Source: Spirochaetia bacterium (GTDB lineage: Bacteria > Spirochaetota > Spirochaetia > SZUA-6 > Bin103). Taken from it: a stretch of 64,000 nucleotides of DNA. Below the pieces are notes generated by a model that saw only the letters and a list, made by a program, of their open reading frames with translations, had not been told where the DNA came from and ran no database searches. Made by a program: the position numbers and the translations under genes. The stretch is taken from contig CBDBDQ010000005.1 of assembly GCA_965203905.1 (NCBI GenBank), positions 2,272,001-2,336,000 on the forward strand, in the 5' to 3' direction. Every line of letters begins with the position of its first letter. Within the stretch, counting starts at the first letter, position 1. Shown in pieces: positions 29,671-39,325 of this stretch.

Positions 29671-30582
29671 CTAATGGCGGCCGAACAGAGCGAAGGCGAA
29701 GTTGGCGGCGGGCGGCGGCATGTCGCTGCGTCCCTGCAGGTAGCGCTGTGCCTGTTCGTCGGGCGGGACGCTGTCCAGCTCCGAGAAACCGGCGCGCGCC
29801 AGCTCGGCGGTCAACTCCTCGGGGGCGAACGTGGACCGCATCGGCTCGCCGCGCTTGGCCACGAACTGATCCACCTTGTCGGCGAACAACAGGCTCTGCT
29901 CCGGAATGAGCCGGCGCGGGTACTTGTAGTCGAGGACGATCCTGCTGCCGGATGCGGTCACCGCGGATACCCGCTCGAGGGTTTCCCGGATCGCCTCCTT
30001 GGTCAGGTAGTAGATGGTCCCCAGCCACGAGAAGAACGCAGGGGCGCTGCGGTCGTAGCCGGCTTCCATCAGCTTCTCGTCGAGCCGGTCGCTCTCGAAG
30101 TCCACGGGTACCAGCACCAGGTTGGCGGGAACGCTGCCGTTGATGGCGAGAAGCCGTTCGCGTTTCATCGCCTGCGAGGCGGGGTGATCCACCTCGTAGA
30201 TGCGCAACTGGCCGGCGAGTTCCGCCTGGCGCAACGAGAAGGTGTCGAGTCCCGCTCCCAGGATCACGTATTGCGCGACCCCGCTGCCGACCGCCTCCTG
30301 CAGGCGGTCCTCGGCATAGCGGATGCGCAGGATGTTCTCGGTGTGTATCGGCCGGAACACGCGCAGCAGGCGGTGGACGATGAGCCGGTTCAGGAACCGG
30401 TTGGTTGCGACCAGGCGCCAGAACGGCGTGGTCATCTGCAGCGCGTAGTCGTCGGAAAAGATCGGTGGCCGGTCCCAGCGCAGATGACTGGCCCGAATCG
30501 CAGCTACCAGCACCGCCGTTCTGCTCGCCCGCAGATCGCGCCCGTCGCTCCGAGCTCCGCTCTGCTGCCCGTCGTCAGCCAC
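29671..30582 (-). CDS. SAM-dependent methyltransferase (LCM-like family)
   Basis: SRTA...A..RA, QYVILGAGLDTF, YEVDHPASQ and FSWLG.IYYL. Confidence 0.9.
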   Translation of the reverse strand: MADDGQQSGARSDGRDLRASRTAVLVAAIRASHLRWDRPPIFSDDYALQMTTPFWRLVATNRFLNRLIVHRLLRVFRPIHTENILRIRYAEDRLQEAVGSGVAQYVILGAGLDTFSLRQAELAGQLRIYEVDHPASQAMKRERLLAINGSVPANLVLVPVDFESDRLDEKLMEAGYDRSAPAFFSWLGTIYYLTKEAIRETLERVSAVTASGSRIVLDYKYPRRLIPEQSLLFADKVDQFVAKRGEPMRSTFAPEELTAELARAGFSELDSVPPDEQAQRYLQGRSDMPPPAANFAFALFGRH

Positions 30583-30721
30583 CGCACGCGCACAGTATCG
30601 GGATCGGAATCGACACACAAGAGCAGCGAGTCGTCATCGCGGCCGACGCCACAATACCGGAATGCACCCATCATCGAGCGCGCGATTGCATCGGGCCGGT
30701 GGAATGCCGTACCGTGCCGGC

Positions 30722-31753
30722 ATGGCTTCGGTACGCCCGCTCGGTCCGCAGGTCGAGGCGCCGGCCCCGGCGCCGGGAACGCCTCAGCCGGTGGACCCGG
30801 CGCCCGGCATCCAGCCGCCCACGGCGGCGGACTTCCCCGGCTGCAAGCCGGTGCGCCTGCCGCGCGAGGAACTCGACGCCTGCGAGATCCGGCTGGAATA
30901 CTGGGACTCCGTCTCCGAGACCGCCTGGATCTGCGATCCGGTCAGCTCCTGGCACGAAGGCCCCGCGCATGGCTTGACCGCGTTGGCCGAGCGCATCGCC
31001 CAGGTGCGGGGTGGGGCGGTGGAGTGCTTCGGCAGCACCGACCTCACCGAGCGCGACGCGCACGGCGAGCCGCGCCTCATCATGCAGGCGGACCAGTCGG
31101 TGTACCTGCACCCGGCGCGCGCCCGGTTGCCGCGTCCGGTGCTGACGGTTGGCGAGCACGACTTCCCGGACGTGGTGCTGGAAGTGGACCACAGCACCGA
31201 CGCGCGCCGGCGCAAGCTGGGGCAGTACGAGGCGTGGGGGTTCCCGGAAGTGTGGATCGAGGTGCCCGATGTGGGTGCGCCGAGCCGGCCGCGGAGCCGG
31301 CGCTCGGGGCTGACCATCCACCTGCTGGAGGATGGGGCGTATCGGGAGTCGGCGCAGAGCCGGGCGTTTCCCGGCTGGACGGCGGCGGAGATCCACGCGG
31401 CGCTGAACGAGGACACGCTTTCAGTGCCGACCAGCGCGGTACTGGAGCGGGTGGGAGCGGCGCTCGGGGAGCGGAAGGGCACCGGCCCGGACGACGACCC
31501 CCTGCTGGGCGCGCAGCGCCGCCGCAGCCGCGCGGAAGGTCATGCCGAAGGCCATGCGGAAGGCCGCGCCGAAGGCCATGCGGAAGAACGCATCCAGTTT
31601 GCACGAGCGCTGTTGGCGGCGCGCGGCATCGTGCTCGCGCCCGGATTCCCCGGCGTGCCCGGCTTCGCCGAACTGCCCCGCCACGCCATCGTCGCGGCCG
31701 CCACCGCCTGCGTCAGCGAGGCCGACTTCCGGAAGCGTCTGCACAGCCGGTAG
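30722..31753 (+). CDS. Uma2-family (PD-(D/E)XK-like) endonuclease with EG-repeat tail
   Basis: QADQSVY, PDVVLEVD.ST and KL..YEAWGFPEVW. C-terminal AEGHAEGHAEGRAEGHAEE. Confidence 0.8.
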   Translation: MASVRPLGPQVEAPAPAPGTPQPVDPAPGIQPPTAADFPGCKPVRLPREELDACEIRLEYWDSVSETAWICDPVSSWHEGPAHGLTALAERIAQVRGGAVECFGSTDLTERDAHGEPRLIMQADQSVYLHPARARLPRPVLTVGEHDFPDVVLEVDHSTDARRRKLGQYEAWGFPEVWIEVPDVGAPSRPRSRRSGLTIHLLEDGAYRESAQSRAFPGWTAAEIHAALNEDTLSVPTSAVLERVGAALGERKGTGPDDDPLLGAQRRRSRAEGHAEGHAEGRAEGHAEERIQFARALLAARGIVLAPGFPGVPGFAELPRHAIVAAATACVSEADFRKRLHSR

Positions 31754-31845
31754 CCGGCCAGGAGCCGCCTGCCGCCCTACCCGCCGCGCGCCATCATCGA
31801 GGCCGGATCCCCATCACCGGCTGGTTCGTGGTATTCTGATGCACC

Positions 31846-32367
31846 GTGTTGTCTCCCCGCCAGCCGCGTCGGGGTCATGGGTACCCCGAACTGAAGCCAC
31901 TTCTGGACCTGTATCTGGGCAGGGTGCGCGACCGACTCGGGGAGAGCTTGTCGGCGGTAGCCCTCTATGGCTCGGTTGCCCGCGGACAGGCGCAGGCGGC
32001 GAGCGACGTGGACCTGTTCGTGGTCCATCGCGGCCGGCGTGCTGCCGTGTTCGAGGTATTCCTGCACGTCGCGCTGCATCTGCGGGAGCATCCGCTCGTA
32101 TGTGAGTTGCAGGCGCGCAAGGTCCCGACCGAGCCGTATCCGGTGTTCCGTACCGAGACGGAGCTGGCCGATACCCCCTGGCTCCTGCTGGACATCTGCG
32201 ACCACGGCATCATTCTGTTCGATCCGCGCCAGGTGCTGGCTCGCAAGCTGGCGAGTCTGCGGCTGCGGCTGCGCGAACTTGGCTCGCGCCGCGTGGAATT
32301 GGCCGACGGTTCGTGGTATTGGGACCTGAAGCCCGATATGCGCCCCGGCGAGGTCATTGCTCTGTAG
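31846..32367 (+). CDS. Minimal nucleotidyltransferase (MNT) antitoxin
   Basis: LYGSVARG....SDVDLFVV. Confidence 0.88.
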   Translation: MLSPRQPRRGHGYPELKPLLDLYLGRVRDRLGESLSAVALYGSVARGQAQAASDVDLFVVHRGRRAAVFEVFLHVALHLREHPLVCELQARKVPTEPYPVFRTETELADTPWLLLDICDHGIILFDPRQVLARKLASLRLRLRELGSRRVELADGSWYWDLKPDMRPGEVIAL

Positions 32368-32384
32368 CGACGCAGCAGTTGCCA

Positions 32385-32864
32385 ATGGACAACGGAGAGC
32401 GCGGCCGCAGACTGATGGCTATGGCCGCCGAGTATCTGCAGGATATGGACGCAGCCACCGGCCGCAAGTCGTGGAACGCGGTAGTTCGCCGGGCGCAGGA
32501 AGTGGTCGAGCTGGCATTGAAGGGCGTGCTCAGCTACCTGGGGGTGGACTTTCCGAAAGTGCACGACCCGGCCGCCGTGTTCATCGCTACCTTGTCCGCC
32601 CGGGGCATGGCGTTGAGCGCGACGGAGGCGGAGGACGTCACCAACGTCTCGGCCACCCTGGCGCGCAAGCGGTCGCCAGCGTTCTATTTCGAGCAGATCG
32701 AAGACGAGTCGACGGCCCAGGAGGCGGCGGCCGATGCGCATCGCATCCACCGGATCTGCATGCGCCTTGTCGCCGCCATCGAGTCGGAACTCCCGGAACC
32801 GAATGAGCGCTCCCCCGAGGGAACGCAAGCCGACGGAGAGCCCGGAGAGTCCTCCGATGGTTGA
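32385..32864 (+). CDS. HEPN domain protein
   Basis: AQEVVELALKG.L...G.D.PKVHD and R.PAFY. Directly follows the MNT gene. Confidence 0.85.
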   Translation: MDNGERGRRLMAMAAEYLQDMDAATGRKSWNAVVRRAQEVVELALKGVLSYLGVDFPKVHDPAAVFIATLSARGMALSATEAEDVTNVSATLARKRSPAFYFEQIEDESTAQEAAADAHRIHRICMRLVAAIESELPEPNERSPEGTQADGEPGESSDG

Positions 32865-32943
32865 TAGCGCGCATCATCGATGGTAGCGGCGGCAAACAGT
32901 CTCCTGGCAAGCTGGTGCGCAATCCGCAGGCCGAGGCAGCACG

Positions 32944-33726
32944 ATGAGTTCGATGAGATTTGAGGGCAAGGTCGCGCTGATAACCGGCGGCGGGTCCGGT
33001 ATCGGCCGCGCCACGGCGGTGGCGTTTGCCCGCGACGGCGCGCGCGTGGCCCTGGCCGACGCCAACCTGGCGGGGGCCGAAGAGACGGCGCACCTGGTTG
33101 CGGCTGCCGGCGGGCAGGCCATGGCACTGCACACCGACGTCGCCGACCCGGCCGCGGTCGAGGCGATGGCGCAGGCAGTGGTCGACCGGTACGGCCGCAT
33201 CGATTGTGCCTTCAACGCCGCCGGTGTGGGTGGCGAGGGCAAGACAGTCACCGAGCTGTCGTGGGAGCGCTGGCAGCGAACCATCGGCATCAATCTGAGC
33301 GGCGTGTTCCTTTGTATGCAGCAGGAGCTGCGCCACATGGTGGCCGCCGGGGGCGGTGCCATCTGCAACGTGGCCTCGATCTATGGCCTGACCGGCGGCG
33401 GCGCCGGCGGTGTCACGGGCGAACGGCAGCCGGCCTACAACGCCAGCAAGCATGGGGTGGTCGGCCTGACCAAATCAGCCGCCCTCGACTACGCCCAGGC
33501 CGGCGTCCGGATCAACGCCGTGTGCCCCGGCCACATCGAGACGCCGATGACGCACTACTACGCCGAGCACCCCGAGGCAAAGCGGCGCCTGCTGCGCAGG
33601 TATGCGGGCGGTCGCATGGGCCAACCCGATGAGGTCGCCGCCGCGGCGCTGTGGCTGTGTTCGGACGCCGCCTCGTTCGTTACGGGCACCACGATGGCGG
33701 TTGACGGCGGCTTTCTGGCTCAGTAG
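32944..33726 (+). CDS. SDR family oxidoreductase
   Basis: TGGGSGIG, NAAG, YNASK and NAVCPG.I.T. Confidence 0.93.
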   Translation: MSSMRFEGKVALITGGGSGIGRATAVAFARDGARVALADANLAGAEETAHLVAAAGGQAMALHTDVADPAAVEAMAQAVVDRYGRIDCAFNAAGVGGEGKTVTELSWERWQRTIGINLSGVFLCMQQELRHMVAAGGGAICNVASIYGLTGGGAGGVTGERQPAYNASKHGVVGLTKSAALDYAQAGVRINAVCPGHIETPMTHYYAEHPEAKRRLLRRYAGGRMGQPDEVAAAALWLCSDAASFVTGTTMAVDGGFLAQ

Positions 33727-33863
33727 CAGGCGCAATCGGGCATTTCAGCGCTGCCTGGATATGTGGTTTCATCCGGGCGACATCCACCGGCCCCTCGGCG
33801 CGGGTGTGACTGCGTTGCCGTTCGCCGACCTGTAGTCCGGGCGGGCCGTAGCCCCTCAGTGAT

Positions 33864-33949
33864 CACTTGAGATTCTGCACCTGCATGCCGTTGTGCACGT
33901 GGATACCCGACTTTTACTCGATCCAGGCGGAGCCATCGACCAGGATCAC
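33864..33949 (-). pseudogene. vapC: Collapsed VapC (PIN) toxin remnant
   Basis: GTGA-coupled start reads MILVDGSAWIE then stop (33949-33914), the canonical VapC N-terminus. The rest is missing. Confidence 0.7.
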
Positions 33950-34161
33950 GGTTGGCGACGCAACTGCGCAAGCGCCTCCTGGTCCAGCTCAAGGTCCAAC
34001 CGCCCCGCGCGGCTCAGCGCCGCGTTGCGCCTCCAGGCCTTGACCGCCTCCCGAAGAGCCAACTCGATCGTTTCTCGCTTCGTGGACGTACGCAGCGCTT
34101 GCCGGGCCTCTTCGATCAGGTGGTTGTCAATCGTAACAGTTATGCGCCCCATCGGCATCAT
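33946..34161 (-). CDS. vapB: VapB-family antitoxin (DUF2191-like)
   Basis: RITVTIDNHLIEEARQAL...TKRETIELALRE. Confidence 0.82.
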   Translation of the reverse strand: MMPMGRITVTIDNHLIEEARQALRTSTKRETIELALREAVKAWRRNAALSRAGRLDLELDQEALAQLRRQP

Positions 34162-34259
34162 CAAGACATACACCAGCGATCTACGCCAACACAGACCCCT
34201 GCTGCGCTCCCGTACGCGGCGGATCTCGGCCGCGATCGCGTCGTTGTTCTTCCGGCGCG

Positions 34260-34334
34260 TCAGAGGCGGCCGACGCTGCCGCACAGCCGGGGGTCGAGCA
34301 GGTCGCGCAGCGCGTCGCCGAACATGTTGATGCT
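34260..34334 (-). pseudogene. Isolated 75-bp 3' end of a DppC-like permease
   Basis: Encodes SINMFGDALRDLLDPRLCGSVGRL*. Near-identical to 35184-35258 and 45278-45352. Confidence 0.85.
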
Positions 34335-34434
34335 TGTGCGGCCTTGAACGCTTCGCCGTTAGCCATCATATTGGAAAGAGGGATGCCGAACGTTCCGGCC
34401 AGCCACCCAGGAACCGGCAACCCATAGCGGAGCA

Positions 34435-34686
34435 ATGGCTCAAGTAAGATTGGAACTACCGGACGCGGTTTGTGCCCTGCTGCAGTGTGCGCCCGGAACC
34501 CTTGACAAGGAGCTGCGACTGGCTGCTGCCGTCCAGTGGTATCAGCAGGGGCGCATATCGCAAGAGTGGGCGGCCCGGATCGCGGGAATGGATCGCACGG
34601 ATTTCATCCTGACACTTTCGCAAATGGGAGAGGACTCATTTCAGGTAGATTTCGACGACTTGGACCGCGAACTCACCCGTGGCTGA
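34435..34686 (+). CDS. UPF0175 family protein (putative antitoxin)
   Basis: ELRLAAAVQWYQQGRISQ..AA.IAGMDR.DF. Confidence 0.88.
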   Translation: MAQVRLELPDAVCALLQCAPGTLDKELRLAAAVQWYQQGRISQEWAARIAGMDRTDFILTLSQMGEDSFQVDFDDLDRELTRG

Positions 34687-35164
34687 TCGGGCAATAATCA
34701 GCGCGTCACCCCTGATCTTTTTTTCGCGCAGCAATCATTTGCAACTGCTTCGGACGTTCGCCGACGAGTTCTGGGTACCTGAACCGGTCGCGAACGAGGT
34801 TCTCCGCCGGGGCACGCGGGATGTCAGTGCTCGTGCCATCCATGACTCAGAGTGGCTGACCGTCCATCCGGCGGCCACGATTCCCGCGGCCATCGCTGCG
34901 TGGCGGTTGGGAGCCGGCGAAGCGAGCGTTCTGGCGCTGGCCGTCGAACATCCGGGAACCGAGGCGATAGTTGACGATCTGGCCGGCAGACGGTGTGCCG
35001 CCAGCCTGAATATCCCGGTTCGCGGAACCCTGGGAATCGTACTCGTCGCCAAGCGACGAGGGCTCATCCCGAAAGCTCGGCCCGTCATCGAGGAAATGGT
35101 GATCGCTGGTCTTCATCTCTCGCGACAGGTGATGGATGAAGCTCTACGGCGAGTGGACGAATAG
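34679..35164 (+). CDS. DUF3368 PIN-domain protein (putative toxin)
   Basis: ASPLI, LGAGEASVLALA, DDLAGRR.A and GTLGIVLVAKRRGLI. Confidence 0.88.
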   Translation: MADRAIISASPLIFFSRSNHLQLLRTFADEFWVPEPVANEVLRRGTRDVSARAIHDSEWLTVHPAATIPAAIAAWRLGAGEASVLALAVEHPGTEAIVDDLAGRRCAASLNIPVRGTLGIVLVAKRRGLIPKARPVIEEMVIAGLHLSRQVMDEALRRVDE

Positions 35165-35183
35165 GTATGGCTGCCGGCGGCGG

Positions 35184-36122
35184 TCAGAGGCGGCCGACGC
35201 TGCCGCGCAGCCTCGGGTCGAGCAGGTCGCGCAGCGCGTCGCCGAACATGTTGATGCTGTAGACCACGATGGTCAGGCACAGGCCCGGCCAGATCGCCAG
35301 CCGCGGCGCCATCTCCATGTACTGGCGCCCTTCCCGGCTCAGCATCCCGCCCCAGCTCGGCACCCCGGGCGGCAGACCGAACCCCAGAAAGCTCAAGGAC
35401 GCCTCTGCCACGATGATGCCACCGATGGTGATCGAGAAGATCACGATGATGGGCGCCATGATGTTGGGCAGCACGTGCCGCCGCAGGGTCCCGGAGATGC
35501 CCTCGCCAATCGCCTGCGCGGCCTGGAAGTAGTCGTTCTCCTTGATCCCGATCACCGCGCCGCGCACCACCCGCGAGTTGGTGATGCCGGACGATACCCC
35601 CAGAATCACGATTATCTGCAGCAGACCCTGTCCCGCGATGGACATGATCGTCAGCAACAGCAACAGACCCGGGAACGACATCCAGGCATCGACGAACCGC
35701 TGCACCAAGAGGTCCAGTTTGCCGCCGATGAACCCGGCGGTGCCGCCGATCAGCACCGCGACCACCACGTGCAGCGTGGTCGCCGCCAGGCCGACGAACA
35801 GCGAGATGCGCGCCCCGAAGATGAGCCGGCTCAGGAAGTCGCGTCCGAGCTGGTCGGTGCCCAGCGGATACTCGCCCGATGGCCCTTGCAGCCGGTCGGC
35901 CAGCGTCATCTGGTTGGGATCGTGCCCCGCCAGGGACGATGCGAAGATGCTGACCAGCACCAGCGCCAGCAACACCACCCCCCCGAACGCACCCAGGGGC
36001 TGCTCCTTGATGAACCGTCGCGGCCACCCGCCCAAAAAAAACCGGCGCTCCACGCGCTTGGTCGCGGCGGCTGTCCGTTCGGCTGCTCGCTCTTCCGTCA
36101 CTCGTTCACCCACCGGTGCCAT
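35184..36122 (-). CDS. DppC-like ABC permease, cassette 2
   Basis: LGTDQLGRDFLSRLIFGARIS. Paralog of 16552-17424 and 45278-46210. Confidence 0.93.
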   Translation of the reverse strand: MAPVGERVTEERAAERTAAATKRVERRFFLGGWPRRFIKEQPLGAFGGVVLLALVLVSIFASSLAGHDPNQMTLADRLQGPSGEYPLGTDQLGRDFLSRLIFGARISLFVGLAATTLHVVVAVLIGGTAGFIGGKLDLLVQRFVDAWMSFPGLLLLLTIMSIAGQGLLQIIVILGVSSGITNSRVVRGAVIGIKENDYFQAAQAIGEGISGTLRRHVLPNIMAPIIVIFSITIGGIIVAEASLSFLGFGLPPGVPSWGGMLSREGRQYMEMAPRLAIWPGLCLTIVVYSINMFGDALRDLLDPRLRGSVGRL

Positions 36123-37081
36123 CAGCGGTACCGGACCCGCGGATCCAGGACGGCGTAGATCAGGTCGACCACCAGGTTGATTGCCATCACCGCGGCCGCG
36201 AACGTCAGGTTTATGCCGGACACCACCGGGTAGTCGCGGTCGGTGAGGGCATCGAGCATGAGGCGACCGAGCCCCGGCAGGCCGAAGATGCTCTCCATGA
36301 TTACCGAGCCGCCGATCAGGATCGGCATCTGCAGGCCGATCAGCGTCACGACCGGGATCAGCGCATTCTTTATGGCGTGTCTGACGATCACGACCCGCTC
36401 CTTGAGCCCCTTCGACCAGGCGGTCCTGACGTAGTCCTGCCGGAGCACCTCCAGCATCATGGTGCGCGTCATCCGCATGGTGGCCGCGGCCAGGTAGGTC
36501 CCCAGAATCAGGCCGGGCACGATGAACACGCCGATGCTGCCCAGCGGGTCGTCGCGGAACCGCACGATGGTCAACGGCGGCGACCAGGCCCACCAGATGG
36601 CGGGAAAGGTCAGGACCAAGGTTGCCAGCCAGAAGTTGGGGGTCGCCAGGCCGATGATGGCGACCGATCGCCCGACGTAGTCGGCGGCCGTATTGCGGCG
36701 CATCGCCGAGTAGATGCCGACCGGCAGCCCGATCAGCAGCCCGATCACGATCGCCAACACTCCCAGCTCAAGAGTTGCCGGCAACCTGGCGAGTATCTTC
36801 TCCTCGACCCGCCAGGAGCCCAGGAGGGAGTTGCCCAACGTGCCGTGCAGGAAGATGTCCCCCAGCCAGCGTCCATACTGCACGTAGATCGGCCGGTCGA
36901 GCCCCAATATCCGCTGGAACGCGGCATGGTCGATATCACCACCACCCATCCATTGCATTTGAGCCATCAGCGCATCCACCGCATCGCCGGGTATGAAGCG
37001 CACCGACAGGAATACCAGCATCGACAGCAGCAGGAAGGTGGGTATCAGCAGCAGAATGCGGCGGATGACATACGCTCTCAT
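36122..37081 (-). CDS. DppB-like ABC permease, cassette 2
   Basis: DYVRTAWSKGL and LDPRVRY. Confidence 0.93.
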   Translation of the reverse strand: MRAYVIRRILLLIPTFLLLSMLVFLSVRFIPGDAVDALMAQMQWMGGGDIDHAAFQRILGLDRPIYVQYGRWLGDIFLHGTLGNSLLGSWRVEEKILARLPATLELGVLAIVIGLLIGLPVGIYSAMRRNTAADYVGRSVAIIGLATPNFWLATLVLTFPAIWWAWSPPLTIVRFRDDPLGSIGVFIVPGLILGTYLAAATMRMTRTMMLEVLRQDYVRTAWSKGLKERVVIVRHAIKNALIPVVTLIGLQMPILIGGSVIMESIFGLPGLGRLMLDALTDRDYPVVSGINLTFAAAVMAINLVVDLIYAVLDPRVRYR

Positions 37082-37159
37082 ATCGTCGTGATAAATGGGC
37101 GCCGGGAAGCTCGAGGCTCCCGGCGCCCTTCTCTGCAGGCGGAACGAGCGATAAAACGC

Positions 37160-38944
37160 CTAGAAGCCCATCTCCCGCTTCAGATCCTGGTCGATCCAGA
37201 CCCGAGTCATAACGGTAGAATAGTGGCCATTCTTGGACAGACTGACCTCACCGTTGTAACCCTTGACCCACGGCTGCGCGACGTTGAACTGTGGGCTCAG
37301 TGGACCGGTAAGCGTCCACTGCAGTTCCAGCAGGCGCAGATTGACCGCCTTTGCCCACCGATTGGACTCCTCGAGCGTGGCAGCCGTGCTGGCGCGTTCC
37401 CAGGATTCATCAACCTCCGCGTCGCTCCCATTGGCCCCGTTCCAAATATGTCCCGTGGTGAATCTCGCAATGCCATTCCGCGGTTCATACGTGATAGCCG
37501 AGACCGACATGAGCATCCCGTCCGACGTATTGTCTCTCGTTAGCGCAGTGGATTGCGTAGCGTCCACCGTATGGATGGCGACTTCCACGCCAATCTCACG
37601 CCAGTAGTTGGCGATCAGTTCCGCGTAGCTCATATCGGCGCGAATATCGTAGTCCAAACGGGTCTCGAAGCCATCGGGATAGCCCGCCTCGGCCAGAAGC
37701 TGCTTCGCCCCTTCCGGGTCATACCGGTAGTATGGCTTGATCTCTTCGGGCCACTCTTCGAATGGCGTGCCGACGCCCATCTTGGAATTTGCCATCACTC
37801 CGTTCGGAGTCGGATTGCCGAAACCGCTGAAGAAAGTCTCGTTGATCGTCTCCAGATCCAGCGCCATCTGCATCGCCCGGCGCACGCGGACGTCGTTGAA
37901 GGGCGGGTTCTGCACGTTGTTGAAGATGAACCCGGTGCCGGCCCGAAACTCGAAGTTCCACATGTTGATCTCGGGATTCCTCTCCTGCAGGCTCTTCAAC
38001 TGATCGATCGACCTGATTTGAGAGTCGCCGGCAGTACCCAGCACATCGATCTTGCCCGAGCGCAGCGCCGCCAGCCGCGCCGCCATATTGGGCAGGATGA
38101 CGGCGTTGATCTCATCGACGTAGGGCAAGCGGTTCTGCGGAAACTTCTCATCGAACCCCCAGTAGTCGGAAACCCTGGTCCATTTCATGGAGGCGCCTTC
38201 GACCACGTCCGCGAGTTCCATCGGTCCCGTGCCAACCAGGTTCCGCCAATCCGTGATGTCGCCGTGTTCCCTGATCACCTCCGGCGGGTAGACCCAGGAA
38301 ACCCACTCGTCAAAAACCCTGGGCAGGGCTTCGACGTCCGGCCTCGACAGCTTGAAGACGACCGTGCGGTCGTCGGTGGCCGTGACCGATTCCAGGAATT
38401 CCTCTACCCCACCGGCCACGGTGCTGGCTTCGGTGAAGCCGCTGCCCAGCCCATAGAGCCGGTGGTAGTTGAATTCGACGTCGCTGGCGGTCAGCTCCCG
38501 ACCGTTCATCGGCGCCTTGTCGTGCCAGTGAACGCCGGAGCGGATGTGGGCGATGATCGTGGTCGCGTCGGGCGTCTCCCAGCGTTCCGCCAGCGCCCCG
38601 GTGAACACGGACCAGGGCAGGTCGTAGGTCCGCAGGTCGTTTACGCTCCGGTCGTACGCCCAATCCACGATGACCAGCTTCTCGACCACCTCGCTGACGT
38701 AGTGGGTGGCCCAGCCGCCGATGAACCAGGCATCCGTATGCTCGCCATAGTTGGGCCGGCCATAGGTGACGCTCCCGCCGTACTGCGGCGCCTCCACCAT
38801 CTCGCCGGTGGATGGGTCGAGCACCATCTCTTTTTCCATCGCCGCGGCCGGCTCCTCGTCTGCCGCAGCCGCCCAGAGGCCGGTTGCGGCCAAGCTGAGC
38901 ACGAGCACAAACACCAAGGTGTGTGCACCTCTTGAAAGAGTCAT
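37160..38944 (-). CDS. Family-5 ABC substrate-binding protein, cassette 2
   Basis: GGAGGAG RBS before ATG 38944. Signal peptide WAAAADEE and WHDKAPMNGRE. Confidence 0.92.
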   Translation of the reverse strand: MTLSRGAHTLVFVLVLSLAATGLWAAAADEEPAAAMEKEMVLDPSTGEMVEAPQYGGSVTYGRPNYGEHTDAWFIGGWATHYVSEVVEKLVIVDWAYDRSVNDLRTYDLPWSVFTGALAERWETPDATTIIAHIRSGVHWHDKAPMNGRELTASDVEFNYHRLYGLGSGFTEASTVAGGVEEFLESVTATDDRTVVFKLSRPDVEALPRVFDEWVSWVYPPEVIREHGDITDWRNLVGTGPMELADVVEGASMKWTRVSDYWGFDEKFPQNRLPYVDEINAVILPNMAARLAALRSGKIDVLGTAGDSQIRSIDQLKSLQERNPEINMWNFEFRAGTGFIFNNVQNPPFNDVRVRRAMQMALDLETINETFFSGFGNPTPNGVMANSKMGVGTPFEEWPEEIKPYYRYDPEGAKQLLAEAGYPDGFETRLDYDIRADMSYAELIANYWREIGVEVAIHTVDATQSTALTRDNTSDGMLMSVSAITYEPRNGIARFTTGHIWNGANGSDAEVDESWERASTAATLEESNRWAKAVNLRLLELQWTLTGPLSPQFNVAQPWVKGYNGEVSLSKNGHYSTVMTRVWIDQDLKREMGF

Positions 38945-38984
38945 ATCGATCTCTCCTCCATAGTCCGATGTTGAGAGTTCTGCC

Positions 38985-39325
38985 GGCGAGTTGCCCTTCG
39001 CTGCCACTCTCGCGCCCGCAACGCAGGCGGCCAGACAGAGAGGGCAATCTCTGGTGGTCACGCGCGCGGCATGAGCGTCACGAACTCAGGCCGCGCGCGT
39101 GGTGCGGTTCTTTGAGTATCAGCTTGCAGCTCCCTGTTGCACGGATTTGCGGAGTTCGACGCCGAGCGCGAGGCCGCGAGGCCGCGCGCTCGGCGCGCGC
39201 AGTGTGGCGGTTGTCCCGGTAGTTCACGGAGTGGGCTGGTAAGTGACGGAGTGCTGCCGCAGGCGCAGGGCGGGCGTACACGGAGGTGCGGCGCACGCCG
39301 CCCGGTTGGCCGAAGCGGTTAGTTA
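38985..39325 (-). promoter_or_regulatory. Long conserved leader/promoter region of cassette 2 (its continuation lies at about 43286-43397)
   Basis: Aligns by eye with 49069-49372. Contains a 12-bp stem (39059-39101) and a T(G/C)ACGGAGTG direct repeat with 20-bp period. Confidence 0.7.

Noticed and set aside
29674-31839. 721-aa plus-strand ORF
   Set aside because: An antisense or off-frame shadow of the methyltransferase and Uma2 genes.
38945-39061. Conserved N-terminal extension MTTRDC… on SBP2 and SBP3
   Set aside because: A strong RBS and signal peptide favour the downstream ATG. The similarity reflects the conserved leader DNA.
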